Source: Bacteroidales bacterium (GTDB lineage: Bacteria; Bacteroidota; Bacteroidia; Bacteroidales; WCHB1-69). Taken from it: DNA of 60,852 nucleotides. The stretch covers positions 1 to 60,852 of the forward strand of contig JAIKYR010000043.1 in assembly GCA_024682995.1 (NCBI GenBank). Reading direction: 5' to 3'. The position numbers and the translations under genes were made by a program. The notes beneath the pieces were generated by a model that saw nothing but the letters and a program-made list of their open reading frames with translations, was not told where the DNA came from and ran no database searches. Shown here in pieces: positions 39,903 to 49,395 of the stretch. Each line of letters starts with the position of its first letter. The stretch's first letter is position 1.

Positions 39903-40837
39903 ACATTCTTGACGTAAACGACGTTAGCAAGCAATACGCCCGTCATCTGGCACTGGACCGGGTTTCCCTCAGTGTGCGGGAGGGTGTGATTTTCGGCCTG
40001 CTCGGTCCCAACGGAGCGGGTAAGACCACGCTTATCCGTATTCTGAACCAGATCATCTACCCCGACTCCGGAAATGTCCTGTTTAAAGGAAAGCCCTTGT
40101 CAGCGGACGATGTGCGGCAAATCGGTTATCTTCCCGAAGAGCGCGGCCTCTACAAGAAGATGAAAGCCGGCGAACAGGCCCTTTACCTGGCACGCCTCAA
40201 AGGTATGGAGCGCATGGAGGCCCTCACCCGCCTGCACCACAAATTCGAGGAGTACGGCATTCTGGACTGGTGGAACCGTCCTGTGGAAGAACTCTCCAAG
40301 GGAATGCAGCAGAAAGTACAATTCATCACCACCACCATCCACCAGCCGGCGTTCCTGATCCTGGACGAGCCCTTCAGCGGCTTCGACCCCATCAACGCCA
40401 ACCTGCTGAAAGAAGAGATACTGAAGCTCAAGGCTGCCGGCACCACCATCATCCTCTCTACGCACAATATGGCCTCGGTAGAGGAAATATGCGATGAGAT
40501 AGCCCTCATCAACCACGCCCAGAAGATTCTGGACGGCAATCTTTTTGAAATCAAAAACCGCTTCAAGAAGAACATCTTCGCCGTGGAAGTAGCGAACGAA
40601 GGGAACTCTTTGGCTGACAACCTCCAGAATGATTTCGAGGTTATCCACAGACAGGCACTCCCCCACTCCATCCACTACGACATCCGCCTGCCGGAAGGCA
40701 AGACGGCCAATGACCTGCTGGACATTTGTATGCGCCACAGCAACATCCTCTCCTTCCACGAGACACTTCCCTCCATGAACGAGATTTTCATCGAACAAGT
40801 AGAACATTTCAACCAACAGCGCCATGAAAAAGAATAA
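39899..40837 (+). CDS. ABC transporter ATP-binding protein (NatA/YhaQ-like)
   Basis: GPNGAGKTT, LSKGMQQK, LILDEPFSGFDP. Confidence 0.93.
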   Translation: MNILDVNDVSKQYARHLALDRVSLSVREGVIFGLLGPNGAGKTTLIRILNQIIYPDSGNVLFKGKPLSADDVRQIGYLPEERGLYKKMKAGEQALYLARLKGMERMEALTRLHHKFEEYGILDWWNRPVEELSKGMQQKVQFITTTIHQPAFLILDEPFSGFDPINANLLKEEILKLKAAGTTIILSTHNMASVEEICDEIALINHAQKILDGNLFEIKNRFKKNIFAVEVANEGNSLADNLQNDFEVIHRQALPHSIHYDIRLPEGKTANDLLDICMRHSNILSFHETLPSMNEIFIEQVEHFNQQRHEKE

Positions 40838-42149
40838 CCCCGTCCTGCTCATCATTGCACGAGAATATCTCACACGTGTACGGAAGAAATCCTTCATCCT
40901 GCTGACTATCCTGCTGCCCATCCTGATGGCAGCCATCATCATGCTGCCGGTACTCCTTATGATCAACAGCGAGAAAAAGCAACACACCCATGTGCTGGTG
41001 GTGGACGAGACAGAGATTTTCCTCAATGCGTTTGAACCGAACGACAACGTCACGTTCAGCTATGCCTCCGGCGACATCACCACGTTCAAGCAGGATATCC
41101 TCCAGAACGACAAGTACAACTGCATCCTACACATCCTTAACAACTCGCAAGCACTGAAATCGAACCTCTATTACAAAGACAAGGTGCCGAACAGCCTGCC
41201 CTCCTATCTCGAGCGGCAGATGGATGATATCTTTTTCGACCGCATCCTGCAAGACTCACTACACATCAATCCGGCCCAATTCGAGAAGCTCCAAGAGCTC
41301 ACCAAAGCCGATGTAACCACCATCCAGATGGATGAAAAAGGCAACGAGCGCGAGAACATCGCCGAGATCAACGAGGTCATCGGCATGGTATGCGGCTTCT
41401 TCATCTACTTCATCATCATCATCTTCGCCAGCCAGGTGCTGCGCGGCGTGTTGGAGGAGAAGACCAGCCGCATCGTGGAGGTCATCGTCTCCTCGGTGAA
41501 GCCTGTCCAACTGCTGATTGGCAAGATTGTCGGCATCGCCTTGGTCGGCATCACGCAGTTCGTCATCTGGGTCATGCTCACCTTCGGCATCCTGCTCATT
41601 GCCCAGATAGCCGCTCCGTCGCTGATGTCCGGTTCCGTGTCCGAAACCGCCGTTCCGGGAGCTGAGATTGCCGCCGACACCCTGCCCGCCGACTTCAGCA
41701 TTTTCCAGAAGATCAACGAATATTTCTCCGTCTCCTTTGGCGAGATCATTCTCTGTTTCTTCTTCTTCTTTGTGGTCGGATACCTGACATACGCCTCCCT
41801 GTATGCCGCCATGGGCTCCGTGGTGGACAACGAGAGCGACTCGCAACAATATACGCTACCCATCACCCTGCCTCTGCTGCTTTCCATCATTGTGGTACCC
41901 TCCATCGCCAACAACCCCAACGGCAGTCTGGCATTCTGGTTCTCCATGATTCCGCTCACCTCGCCAGTCTCCATGCTCGTGCGCCTGCCCGCTGGCGTAC
42001 CTCTGTGGCAGGTGTTTCTCTCTATGGGGTTGGCCGTCGCCTTCCTTGTCTTCTGCATCTGGTTCGCCGCCAAAGTCTATCGGATGGGCATCCTGATGTA
42101 CGGGAAAAAAGTCAGCTGGCGGGAGATTTTCAAATGGTTGAGAAAATGA
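40824..42149 (+). CDS. ABC-2 type permease (NatB/YhaP-like)
   Basis: REYL.RV, EEKTSRIVE, GKIVG, YR.GILMYGK. Confidence 0.9.
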   Translation: MKKNNPVLLIIAREYLTRVRKKSFILLTILLPILMAAIIMLPVLLMINSEKKQHTHVLVVDETEIFLNAFEPNDNVTFSYASGDITTFKQDILQNDKYNCILHILNNSQALKSNLYYKDKVPNSLPSYLERQMDDIFFDRILQDSLHINPAQFEKLQELTKADVTTIQMDEKGNERENIAEINEVIGMVCGFFIYFIIIIFASQVLRGVLEEKTSRIVEVIVSSVKPVQLLIGKIVGIALVGITQFVIWVMLTFGILLIAQIAAPSLMSGSVSETAVPGAEIAADTLPADFSIFQKINEYFSVSFGEIILCFFFFFVVGYLTYASLYAAMGSVVDNESDSQQYTLPITLPLLLSIIVVPSIANNPNGSLAFWFSMIPLTSPVSMLVRLPAGVPLWQVFLSMGLAVAFLVFCIWFAAKVYRMGILMYGKKVSWREIFKWLRK

Positions 42150-44047
42150 AACGACTGCTGTGTTGGATGATGCTCTGCCTGATTGGATTGTCAGCCTATG
42201 CACAGGACGACAACCCGACGGAGACGCCGAAGATTGACTCGGCGATGGCCATCTCGCCCGCCTACATGCCCGTTTCCACAGCCTCTCTGTCCGGCACCTT
42301 CTTCCTTCCACTGCAGTACCACCCCATTGACACGACCATTTTCCACACCTCCGACTATGACCCGTTCTTCCACACGCAGAATCTGTACCAGACCCTTGGC
42401 ATCGTCGGTCAGGCCCACAAAAACATGATCTTCGGATACGACCGCGAAATCGGATTCTCGCTGATTACATTACCATATCCTCTTTATTTTAAAACTCAGA
42501 AAGACCTGAAACACTACGATCTGGAGACCTCCTTCACCAATATCGCCTACACATACGGTACCACGATAGAGCTAACGAGCGAGCATCACTTCCAGGCCAC
42601 CCACGCACAGAAATTCAAGCATGTGAGTTTTGCAGGAAACCTGTTCGGATACAGCAACAAAGGCTATTTCATGCGCCAGGGCACCAATCTGATGGCCTTC
42701 GACCTTCTGCTGCACTACCAGACACCCCGCAACATCTACGGATTCACCACCTCCTACATCTTCAACCGGAGCAAATACCAGGAGAACGGCGGCCTGAGCG
42801 ACTACCACTCCTTTGCCGACCGGCCTGCACGTGACACCAACGCCGTACCGCGACTTGGCAGTTACAGCGTGGTGTTCAAGGAAGCCGCCTCCACTATCCT
42901 CACCCACGACCTGCTATTCCAGCAATACGTAAACATCAAAGACAAGAAAGACCGCTACTACGGAACGCTGAGCCACAGTTTCCAGTTCAAATCCACCAAG
43001 TGTTCCTTTTTGGACGAGAACCTGAACAACGACTTCTATCAGGACCGTTATTTCTTCAGCACAGACACCACCTATGACACGCTCTACTACCACCATTTCA
43101 TCAACACGTTGCAATGGTCGAATTTTGACCCCTTGACGAGACTCAGCGAGAAGAACTATGCCCTGCACATCGCAGGCGGCATCCAACATGAGTTTGTAAA
43201 ATCCCGCCTGCCCCATTATATCGCCAACCACTTCTCGTTATTCGCCCGCACCCATATCCGACTCTTCAAGGTGTGGGACATCTACAGTTCCATATCATAC
43301 TCGTTCCTGAATTATACGAAGAACGATGCCATCGCAGACGTGTCGGCCACCTTTGCCCTTAACCGGAAATGGCGGCACTACCTCGGCTTTGCCGCCGGAT
43401 TCTACCGTGTGTCGCCCGATTTTTTCTTTACCCATTATTATGGGAACAACAACTACTGGTACCACGAGTGGCCCAAAGAGAACAACCTCAAACTCAGTGC
43501 CTTCTATACCATTTTTGACTATAAGCTGAGTTTTAACTATTTCATGCTAAATAACTATATGTTCATCAATTCAGACTACGTTCCGCAACGTTCCGAAAAG
43601 AGTATCAACGTTGTACAGCTCAACCTGTTTGCACCTTTGCGGCTGAAGAATTTCAAGATGGATGTCAACATGTCGCTGCAACACGCCACCCAATCCTACG
43701 TGGCGGTGCCGCTTTTCACCGGTAAGCTGTACGCCGCCTACTGCTTCCGCATCTTCCGCAACCGTCTGAAACTCATGGTCGGCGGCGACCTCATGTACAA
43801 CACCTCCTATTATGCCGACGCCTACAATCCCCTACTACACCAGTTCTACCACCAGGAGAGTGAGAAGGTGGGCAACTACCTCTACTTTGACGCCAACCTG
43901 ACGATGCAGGTGCAGCGCATCGCCTTCTTCTTCCGTGCCGGCAACATCTTCGCCGGAGCCTTCGGCTACGACTACTGCACCACCCCCAACTACCCGATGC
44001 AAGGCCTGAACTTCGAAGTCGGTATTACGTGGAAATTCTATGATTAA
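42146..44047 (+). CDS. Putative outer-membrane porin (Bacteroidetes)
   Basis: Signal peptide, LG..GQ, ENGG motif, aromatic beta strands, C-terminal GITWKFYD; ATGA overlap with permease stop. Confidence 0.8.
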   Translation: MKRLLCWMMLCLIGLSAYAQDDNPTETPKIDSAMAISPAYMPVSTASLSGTFFLPLQYHPIDTTIFHTSDYDPFFHTQNLYQTLGIVGQAHKNMIFGYDREIGFSLITLPYPLYFKTQKDLKHYDLETSFTNIAYTYGTTIELTSEHHFQATHAQKFKHVSFAGNLFGYSNKGYFMRQGTNLMAFDLLLHYQTPRNIYGFTTSYIFNRSKYQENGGLSDYHSFADRPARDTNAVPRLGSYSVVFKEAASTILTHDLLFQQYVNIKDKKDRYYGTLSHSFQFKSTKCSFLDENLNNDFYQDRYFFSTDTTYDTLYYHHFINTLQWSNFDPLTRLSEKNYALHIAGGIQHEFVKSRLPHYIANHFSLFARTHIRLFKVWDIYSSISYSFLNYTKNDAIADVSATFALNRKWRHYLGFAAGFYRVSPDFFFTHYYGNNNYWYHEWPKENNLKLSAFYTIFDYKLSFNYFMLNNYMFINSDYVPQRSEKSINVVQLNLFAPLRLKNFKMDVNMSLQHATQSYVAVPLFTGKLYAAYCFRIFRNRLKLMVGGDLMYNTSYYADAYNPLLHQFYHQESEKVGNYLYFDANLTMQVQRIAFFFRAGNIFAGAFGYDYCTTPNYPMQGLNFEVGITWKFYD

Positions 44048-44128
44048 CAATTAAAACAATAAGCTTCACAATAGAGCTCAACACATTATCATTTTAAATA
44101 CTTTTACATATTACAAACATTATAAACA

Positions 44129-45502
44129 ATGAATTATCGAATCGAAAAAGACACGCTCGGCGAGATGCGCGTTGAAGCGGACAAATTATGGGGAGCGCAA
44201 ACGCAGCGCGCCATGGAGAATTTCGTCATCGGCAAGAAAAAGATGCCGATTGAGATCATCTACGGCATCGCCACGGCCAAGAAGGCCGCCGCATGCGCCA
44301 ACTGCGATCTGGGGGTACTGCCCACCGACAAACGCGACCTTATCGTAGCCGCCTGCGACGAAATCCTAGCTGGCCAGTGGGACGACCAGTTCCCGTTGCA
44401 TATCTGGCAGACCGGTTCGGGCACGCAGACCAACATGAACGTCAACGAGGTAATCGCCCACCGCGGCCAGCAGCTGCACGGCGGAAAGCTGGACGACTAT
44501 CCGCTCTATCTCTCGCCCAATGACGATGTTAACAAGTCGCAGTCCACCAACGACATCTTCCCCACAGGCATGCGCATCGCCGCCACCAAGATGCTGCTCA
44601 CGCACACCATCCCAGCCATTTTGGATATCATGAAGACCTATCAGGAGAAGATTGTCGAATACGCCGACATCCGCAAGATCGGGCGCACACACCTGATGGA
44701 CGCCACCCCGCTCACCCTCGGGCAGGAGCTCTCTGGCCATCTGTCGCAAATTGAGCATGGACTGGACTCGCTGCTCAAGAGCATGGAGCACCTCAAGGAG
44801 CTGCCCATTGGCGGCACGGCAGTGGGCAACGGCATCAACGCTCCGGAAGGCTACGACAAGCTGGCGCTCCAATACATCAACACCATCACCGGGCTTGATT
44901 TCGTGAACACGCCCAACAAGTTCGAGGCTATGGCCTCCCACGACTCGCTGGCCGAAGTGTCCGGCGCACTGAAACGCTTGGCCATCTCGTTCATGAAGAT
45001 CGCCAACGACTTCCGGCTGCTCAACTCGGGCCCGCGCTGCGGTATCGGCGAAGTGGTGCTGCCTGCCAACGAGCCCGGCTCGTCCATCATGCCAGGGAAA
45101 GTGAACCCCACGCAGTGTGAAGCCCTCTCGCAAGTGTGCTGCCAAGTCATCGGCAATGACGTGGCTATCACCACGGGCGCCATGCAGGGCCACCTGCAAC
45201 TCAACGTCTTCATGCCCCTCATCGGGCGCGACCTCCTGCAGTCTTCCCGCCTGCTGGCCGACGTGATCCGCTCCTTCAACGACCATTGCCTGAAAGGTAT
45301 CACGCCCAACCGCGAACGCATCCGCATGCACCTCAACAACTCCCTCATGCTGGTCACCAAGCTGAGCCCCGTCATCGGATACTACAACGCGGCCAAGATC
45401 GCCCAACATGCCCTCAACGAAGGCCTTACCCTGCGCGAAGCCGCCCTCGAACTGAAACTTATCAGCGAAGAAGAGTTTGATAAGTGGATGGATGTCAATT
45501 AA
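44129..45502 (+). CDS. fumC: Class II fumarate hydratase
   Basis: WGAQTQR, WQTGSGTQTNMN, GRTHLMDA, GSSIMPGKVNP. Confidence 0.95.
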   Translation: MNYRIEKDTLGEMRVEADKLWGAQTQRAMENFVIGKKKMPIEIIYGIATAKKAAACANCDLGVLPTDKRDLIVAACDEILAGQWDDQFPLHIWQTGSGTQTNMNVNEVIAHRGQQLHGGKLDDYPLYLSPNDDVNKSQSTNDIFPTGMRIAATKMLLTHTIPAILDIMKTYQEKIVEYADIRKIGRTHLMDATPLTLGQELSGHLSQIEHGLDSLLKSMEHLKELPIGGTAVGNGINAPEGYDKLALQYINTITGLDFVNTPNKFEAMASHDSLAEVSGALKRLAISFMKIANDFRLLNSGPRCGIGEVVLPANEPGSSIMPGKVNPTQCEALSQVCCQVIGNDVAITTGAMQGHLQLNVFMPLIGRDLLQSSRLLADVIRSFNDHCLKGITPNRERIRMHLNNSLMLVTKLSPVIGYYNAAKIAQHALNEGLTLREAALELKLISEEEFDKWMDVN

Positions 45503-45620
45503 CAATTAACAATTAATAATTAATAGGGAGAGAAGGGAAAGGTTTGTTAGTGTAAAGGTATTAAAGTAAAAGGTTCAAGGTTCATTGTCAAAACTCTTAA
45601 TTTCTTAACTCCTTAGTTTC
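45496..45620 (+). repeat. Mosaic of short tandem-repeat arms between fumC and prsW
   Basis: (caattaa)n at 45496-45526, gtttgt..gtaaaggtatt arm at 45542-45566, aggttcaaggttca at 45571-45584, 9-mer ttaactcct-type units at 45594-45620. Confidence 0.75.
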
Positions 45621-45636
45621 AAAGCCCATCGTTCCC

Positions 45637-46326
45637 ATGCTGATTATTCTTGCCGCCTCCTTGCTGCCCGTCATTGTCCTGCTGGTATATATCTATCGCA
45701 AAGACCAATACCAGAAAGAGCCACTATCCCTGCTTCTGAAAGCCCTGCTTGGTGGTGTTTTAGCAGGACTGATGGACATCGCATTGCTTACATTTTTCCG
45801 ATTTGCCGAAGTCACCTCGTTTTCAAGCGGGCTGCACCACTCTTTATATCAGGCATTTTGCCAAGCGGCCATGCCGGAAGAATTCTGCAAGCTGTTTTTC
45901 CTATATCTTTTCATTTGGAAAAGTAAATATTTCGATGAATACTACGACGGCCTTGAATATGCGGCCTGTGTGGGCTTGGGGTTTGCCGGTTTGGAGAATC
46001 TGATGTACGTTTTGGAAGGGGGACTTGCCGTGGCGGTGGGGCGTGCCCTGTTTGCCGTGCCCGCCCATTTCTTCTTCGCCATCATCATGGGCTATTTCTT
46101 CGCTTTCGCCAAGTTCAGGCCCTGGAAGAAGAGCACTTACCTCGCGTTAGCCTATATCTGCCCCGTCATCCTGCACGGCATCTACGATTTCATCCTGATG
46201 TATGGTGAATTCATCCAGAAGACCGACACTGCCGTCGCCTCCGTACTGAACCTTATCTTCTACATCTTTTTCATATTCGTATGGAAGACAGCCAACAAAC
46301 GGATCCAACGGATGTCGGGCCAATAA
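45637..46326 (+). CDS. prsW: PrsW-family intramembrane metalloprotease
   Basis: EP, EEFCK, GLGFAGLEN, R...AVPAH, HGIYD. Confidence 0.88.
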   Translation: MLIILAASLLPVIVLLVYIYRKDQYQKEPLSLLLKALLGGVLAGLMDIALLTFFRFAEVTSFSSGLHHSLYQAFCQAAMPEEFCKLFFLYLFIWKSKYFDEYYDGLEYAACVGLGFAGLENLMYVLEGGLAVAVGRALFAVPAHFFFAIIMGYFFAFAKFRPWKKSTYLALAYICPVILHGIYDFILMYGEFIQKTDTAVASVLNLIFYIFFIFVWKTANKRIQRMSGQ

Positions 46327-46329
46327 CAA

Positions 46330-47298
46330 TTACCGGCGGCTGAAGAAGAAATCGCTCATCACGACGCGCACCAGCACCCCGTAGTTGAACGTGAATTTAT
46401 TGCCCTCGCGAAACTCGGGCCGCGGCGAATTCTTCATCTGATAAATACCCGATCGGCCCATATAGCAATAGAACGTGGGATCCAATGACACCGTCTTGTT
46501 GATGGCAATCTTCAATCCCGCCGCGCCGGAAAATCCGAAGCCAGGACCGCCATACGTGATATCATAGGTTTGCGCACCAGGATAATAACTCTCACCATTA
46601 TACGGATCCAGCAACGTATATTCATTACCTACAGATTTTCCCTCCCTATCCAACAACACAGCCTTAAAGGACTTGGCTTTCGCATAGTTAAACTGAATTC
46701 CCAGTTCCAAAAAAGGTTTCACATTCTTGTGTACTTTGGAAAAAAGATAGGAAGCCATAAAGTCAATGGTGGAACGGTCCTCCTTGCCCACCAATGCCAT
46801 CACTGGCAGACGCATCTCGTTGCCCAACGGCTGATCAGACGAAAGCAGACATTGTGCTGAAGAGGTCAACCGGCTGAAGGAATAGGACAACGACAAGCCC
46901 CACCCGTTTTTGATTTTATAACGCATACCTAACGCTATCATCATGCTCAACTTGTAGTGGTTTTCCCAATTGTAAATATCAGAACCGGGATCCAATTCCA
47001 AAGATGCACTCCCCATCTGCATGCTGGGATAATACTCATTAATAATCTGATCCAATTCATCTTTCCAATATTGGTTAGCAAAAATGTAGTACAGATTATT
47101 CTCATTGAGATTACTGCCATTATAATAATTGGCGTTGAACTTGTTGCCGATGAACATACCGCCACCGATGTAAAAATCAAAACCTTTGTCGCACCAGGTG
47201 GTATCGGAGAAATGGACAGGAATGACTTCCTGCTCCGGCTGTGCACAAAGGGTCAGCGAGAGCAGAGTTGTCACTATTATCAAAAATAATTTCCTCAT
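46330..47298 (-). CDS. Putative outer-membrane beta-barrel protein
   Basis: Signal peptide MRKLFLII..LCA-Q; alternating beta strands; start moved downstream of lpdA stop. Confidence 0.65.
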   Translation of the reverse strand: MRKLFLIIVTTLLSLTLCAQPEQEVIPVHFSDTTWCDKGFDFYIGGGMFIGNKFNANYYNGSNLNENNLYYIFANQYWKDELDQIINEYYPSMQMGSASLELDPGSDIYNWENHYKLSMMIALGMRYKIKNGWGLSLSYSFSRLTSSAQCLLSSDQPLGNEMRLPVMALVGKEDRSTIDFMASYLFSKVHKNVKPFLELGIQFNYAKAKSFKAVLLDREGKSVGNEYTLLDPYNGESYYPGAQTYDITYGGPGFGFSGAAGLKIAINKTVSLDPTFYCYMGRSGIYQMKNSPRPEFREGNKFTFNYGVLVRVVMSDFFFSRR

Positions 47299-47327
47299 AC
47301 AGGGTTTATTATGGTGAACGGGATCCA

Positions 47328-48725
47328 TTACAGATGGACGCACTCCTTGTAGGCATCGGCGGCGGCCTCCATAATGGCCTCCGACATGGTGGGGTGCGGG
47401 AACACGGAGCGAATCACTTCCTCGCCGGTCATCTTGTTGCGGCGGGCCATCACGGCACCGGCAATCATCTCGGTCACATTGTCGCCAATGAGGTGGCATC
47501 CAAGCCATTCGCCCGTTTGTTTGTCGAAGATCACCTTCACCAAGCCGTCGCGGCTGCCGGCAGCGGTAGCCTTTCCGGATGCGGTGAACGGGAACTTGCC
47601 GATCAGCACCTCACGGCCCTGTTCCACGCAGGCGCGCTCGGTGAGGCCCACGGATGCGATTTCCGGTGTGGTATAGGTGCAGCCCGGAATATTGCCATAA
47701 TCAACAGGTTCGGGATTCAGGCCGGCGATTTTCTCCACGCACACCTCAGCCTCGTGCGAGGCCACGTGCGCCAGCGCAGGACCGTGTACAATATCGCCGA
47801 TGGCATACACACCCTCCACATTGGTGCGGTAGAAGTCGTCCACCACCACCTTGCCGCGTTCGGTCTGCACACCGCACTCCTCAAGGCCAATGCCCTCAAT
47901 GTTGGTGGCCACGCCCACAGCGGAGAGTACGATGTCGCACTCAATCTCCGTGATTTTCTCCTTGGCGTCCTTCACGGTGACCACACATTTGTCGTTCACA
48001 AGGTCCACCTTCTCCACTGCGGCGGCGGTCATGGTCTTGATGCCGGCCTTGCGGAAGCAGCGGGCCAGCGTGGCGGCGATGTCGTCGTCCTCCACGGGCA
48101 CTAAACGGGGCATATATTCCACAATCGTGACCTTAGTACCCATCGTGGCGTAGAAGTAAGCAAGCTCGCTGCCAATGGCGCCGGAGCCCATCACCACCAT
48201 CGTCTCCGGCAATGCGGGCAGTGTGAGGGCCTCGCGGTAGCCGATGATCTTCTTGCCGTCTTGCGGCACGTTGGGCAGGCTGCGCGAGCGGGCGCCCGTG
48301 GCCAGAATCACGTGCGTGGCCCCATAGACCGTCACGGTGCCGTCGGCGGCGGTCACCTCCACCTGATGGCCCGGCAGCAGTTTGCCGAAGCCGGCGATGA
48401 CCTCCACATTGTTTTTCTTGAGCAGATACTGAACCCCCTTGCTCATCGTCTCGGCCACCGTGCGACTACGTTTCACCACCGCCTCGAAGTCCGGCTTCAC
48501 GGCACCCTCCACCTGCAAGCCGTACTCGGCGGCATGCGACATATACTTATACACTTGGGCCGACTTCAGCAGCGCCTTGGTGGGAATACAGCCCCAATTG
48601 AGGCAGATGCCGCCCAATTCGGCACGTTCCACAACGGCAACCTTCATATTCAACTGCGAAGCGCGAATGGCAGCCACATAACCGCCGGGGCCGCTTCCGA
48701 CCACGATTAAATCATACGTATTCAT
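47328..48725 (-). CDS. lpdA: Dihydrolipoamide dehydrogenase
   Basis: GSGPGGY, GGICLNWGCIPTK, GSGAIG, HPTMSE. Confidence 0.96.
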   Translation of the reverse strand: MNTYDLIVVGSGPGGYVAAIRASQLNMKVAVVERAELGGICLNWGCIPTKALLKSAQVYKYMSHAAEYGLQVEGAVKPDFEAVVKRSRTVAETMSKGVQYLLKKNNVEVIAGFGKLLPGHQVEVTAADGTVTVYGATHVILATGARSRSLPNVPQDGKKIIGYREALTLPALPETMVVMGSGAIGSELAYFYATMGTKVTIVEYMPRLVPVEDDDIAATLARCFRKAGIKTMTAAAVEKVDLVNDKCVVTVKDAKEKITEIECDIVLSAVGVATNIEGIGLEECGVQTERGKVVVDDFYRTNVEGVYAIGDIVHGPALAHVASHEAEVCVEKIAGLNPEPVDYGNIPGCTYTTPEIASVGLTERACVEQGREVLIGKFPFTASGKATAAGSRDGLVKVIFDKQTGEWLGCHLIGDNVTEMIAGAVMARRNKMTGEEVIRSVFPHPTMSEAIMEAAADAYKECVHL

Positions 48726-48819
48726 ATTTCTGCATTTTATTGGATTAATTCTGAAAAAGCCTGCAAATGTACATAATTTTCAAAAACGCACGGACGGGGA
48801 ATTAACACCGTTGGATTTG

Positions 48820-49321
48820 ACCGGTGTCGGAGACACCGCATCTTATTAACCCTAGATTAGCGCAGCTTAATCTGGGGTGGCGAACACCCACGCGACACCT
48901 GCGCGGCGCGGCAGGCGCGTGCCACGGAGAAGGATACATACTCGCCGCGCAACGACGGGGGAAAATTATGTTCATTTTCTTTGGTCTTGCACAAAGAAAA
49001 CGAACCAAAAGAAATGCGCCTTGCCGCTGAGCAAATGACGGCTAAAATCGGGTCTCGCTCGCTAAACGGCGAAAACTTGCAACACTGCACTGCGTTCCGT
49101 GTTGCTTCAAACAGTTCGCCGTTCTTCACGCTCACTCACCACCGATTTCTTCACGCCCTCATTTGCAAGGCGGCGAATTCGAGGCCACAGGCGTGCCGGT
49201 ACGCAAACACCGGTGTCGGAGACACCACATCTCAATAACCCCAGATGAGCGCAGCGTAATCTGGGGGAAATGCCGCGCATACGCACACCTCCGCGCGGCG
49301 CGGCAGGCGCGTGCCACGGAG
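48820..49321. repeat. Composite palindromic element: two ~110-bp direct repeats (48820-48929, 49209-49321) around a ~205-bp long hairpin (48970-49174)
   Basis: ggtgtc-gga-gacacc, cccagat..gcgcagc..atctgggg and gcgcggcgcggcaggcgcgtgccacggag modules in both copies (cctagat in copy 1). Confidence 0.85.
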
Positions 49322-49395
49322 GTGTGTGCGTGCACGCCGCGAAAAGGAATGAATGCCATAATGCATATAATCACCCAAATTAATTCCTTCATCCC

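Noticed and set aside
48820-49321. Possible CRISPR array or tRNA
   Set aside because: Only two ~110-bp repeats with a ~280-bp structured spacer; no cas genes, no cloverleaf or T-loop consensus
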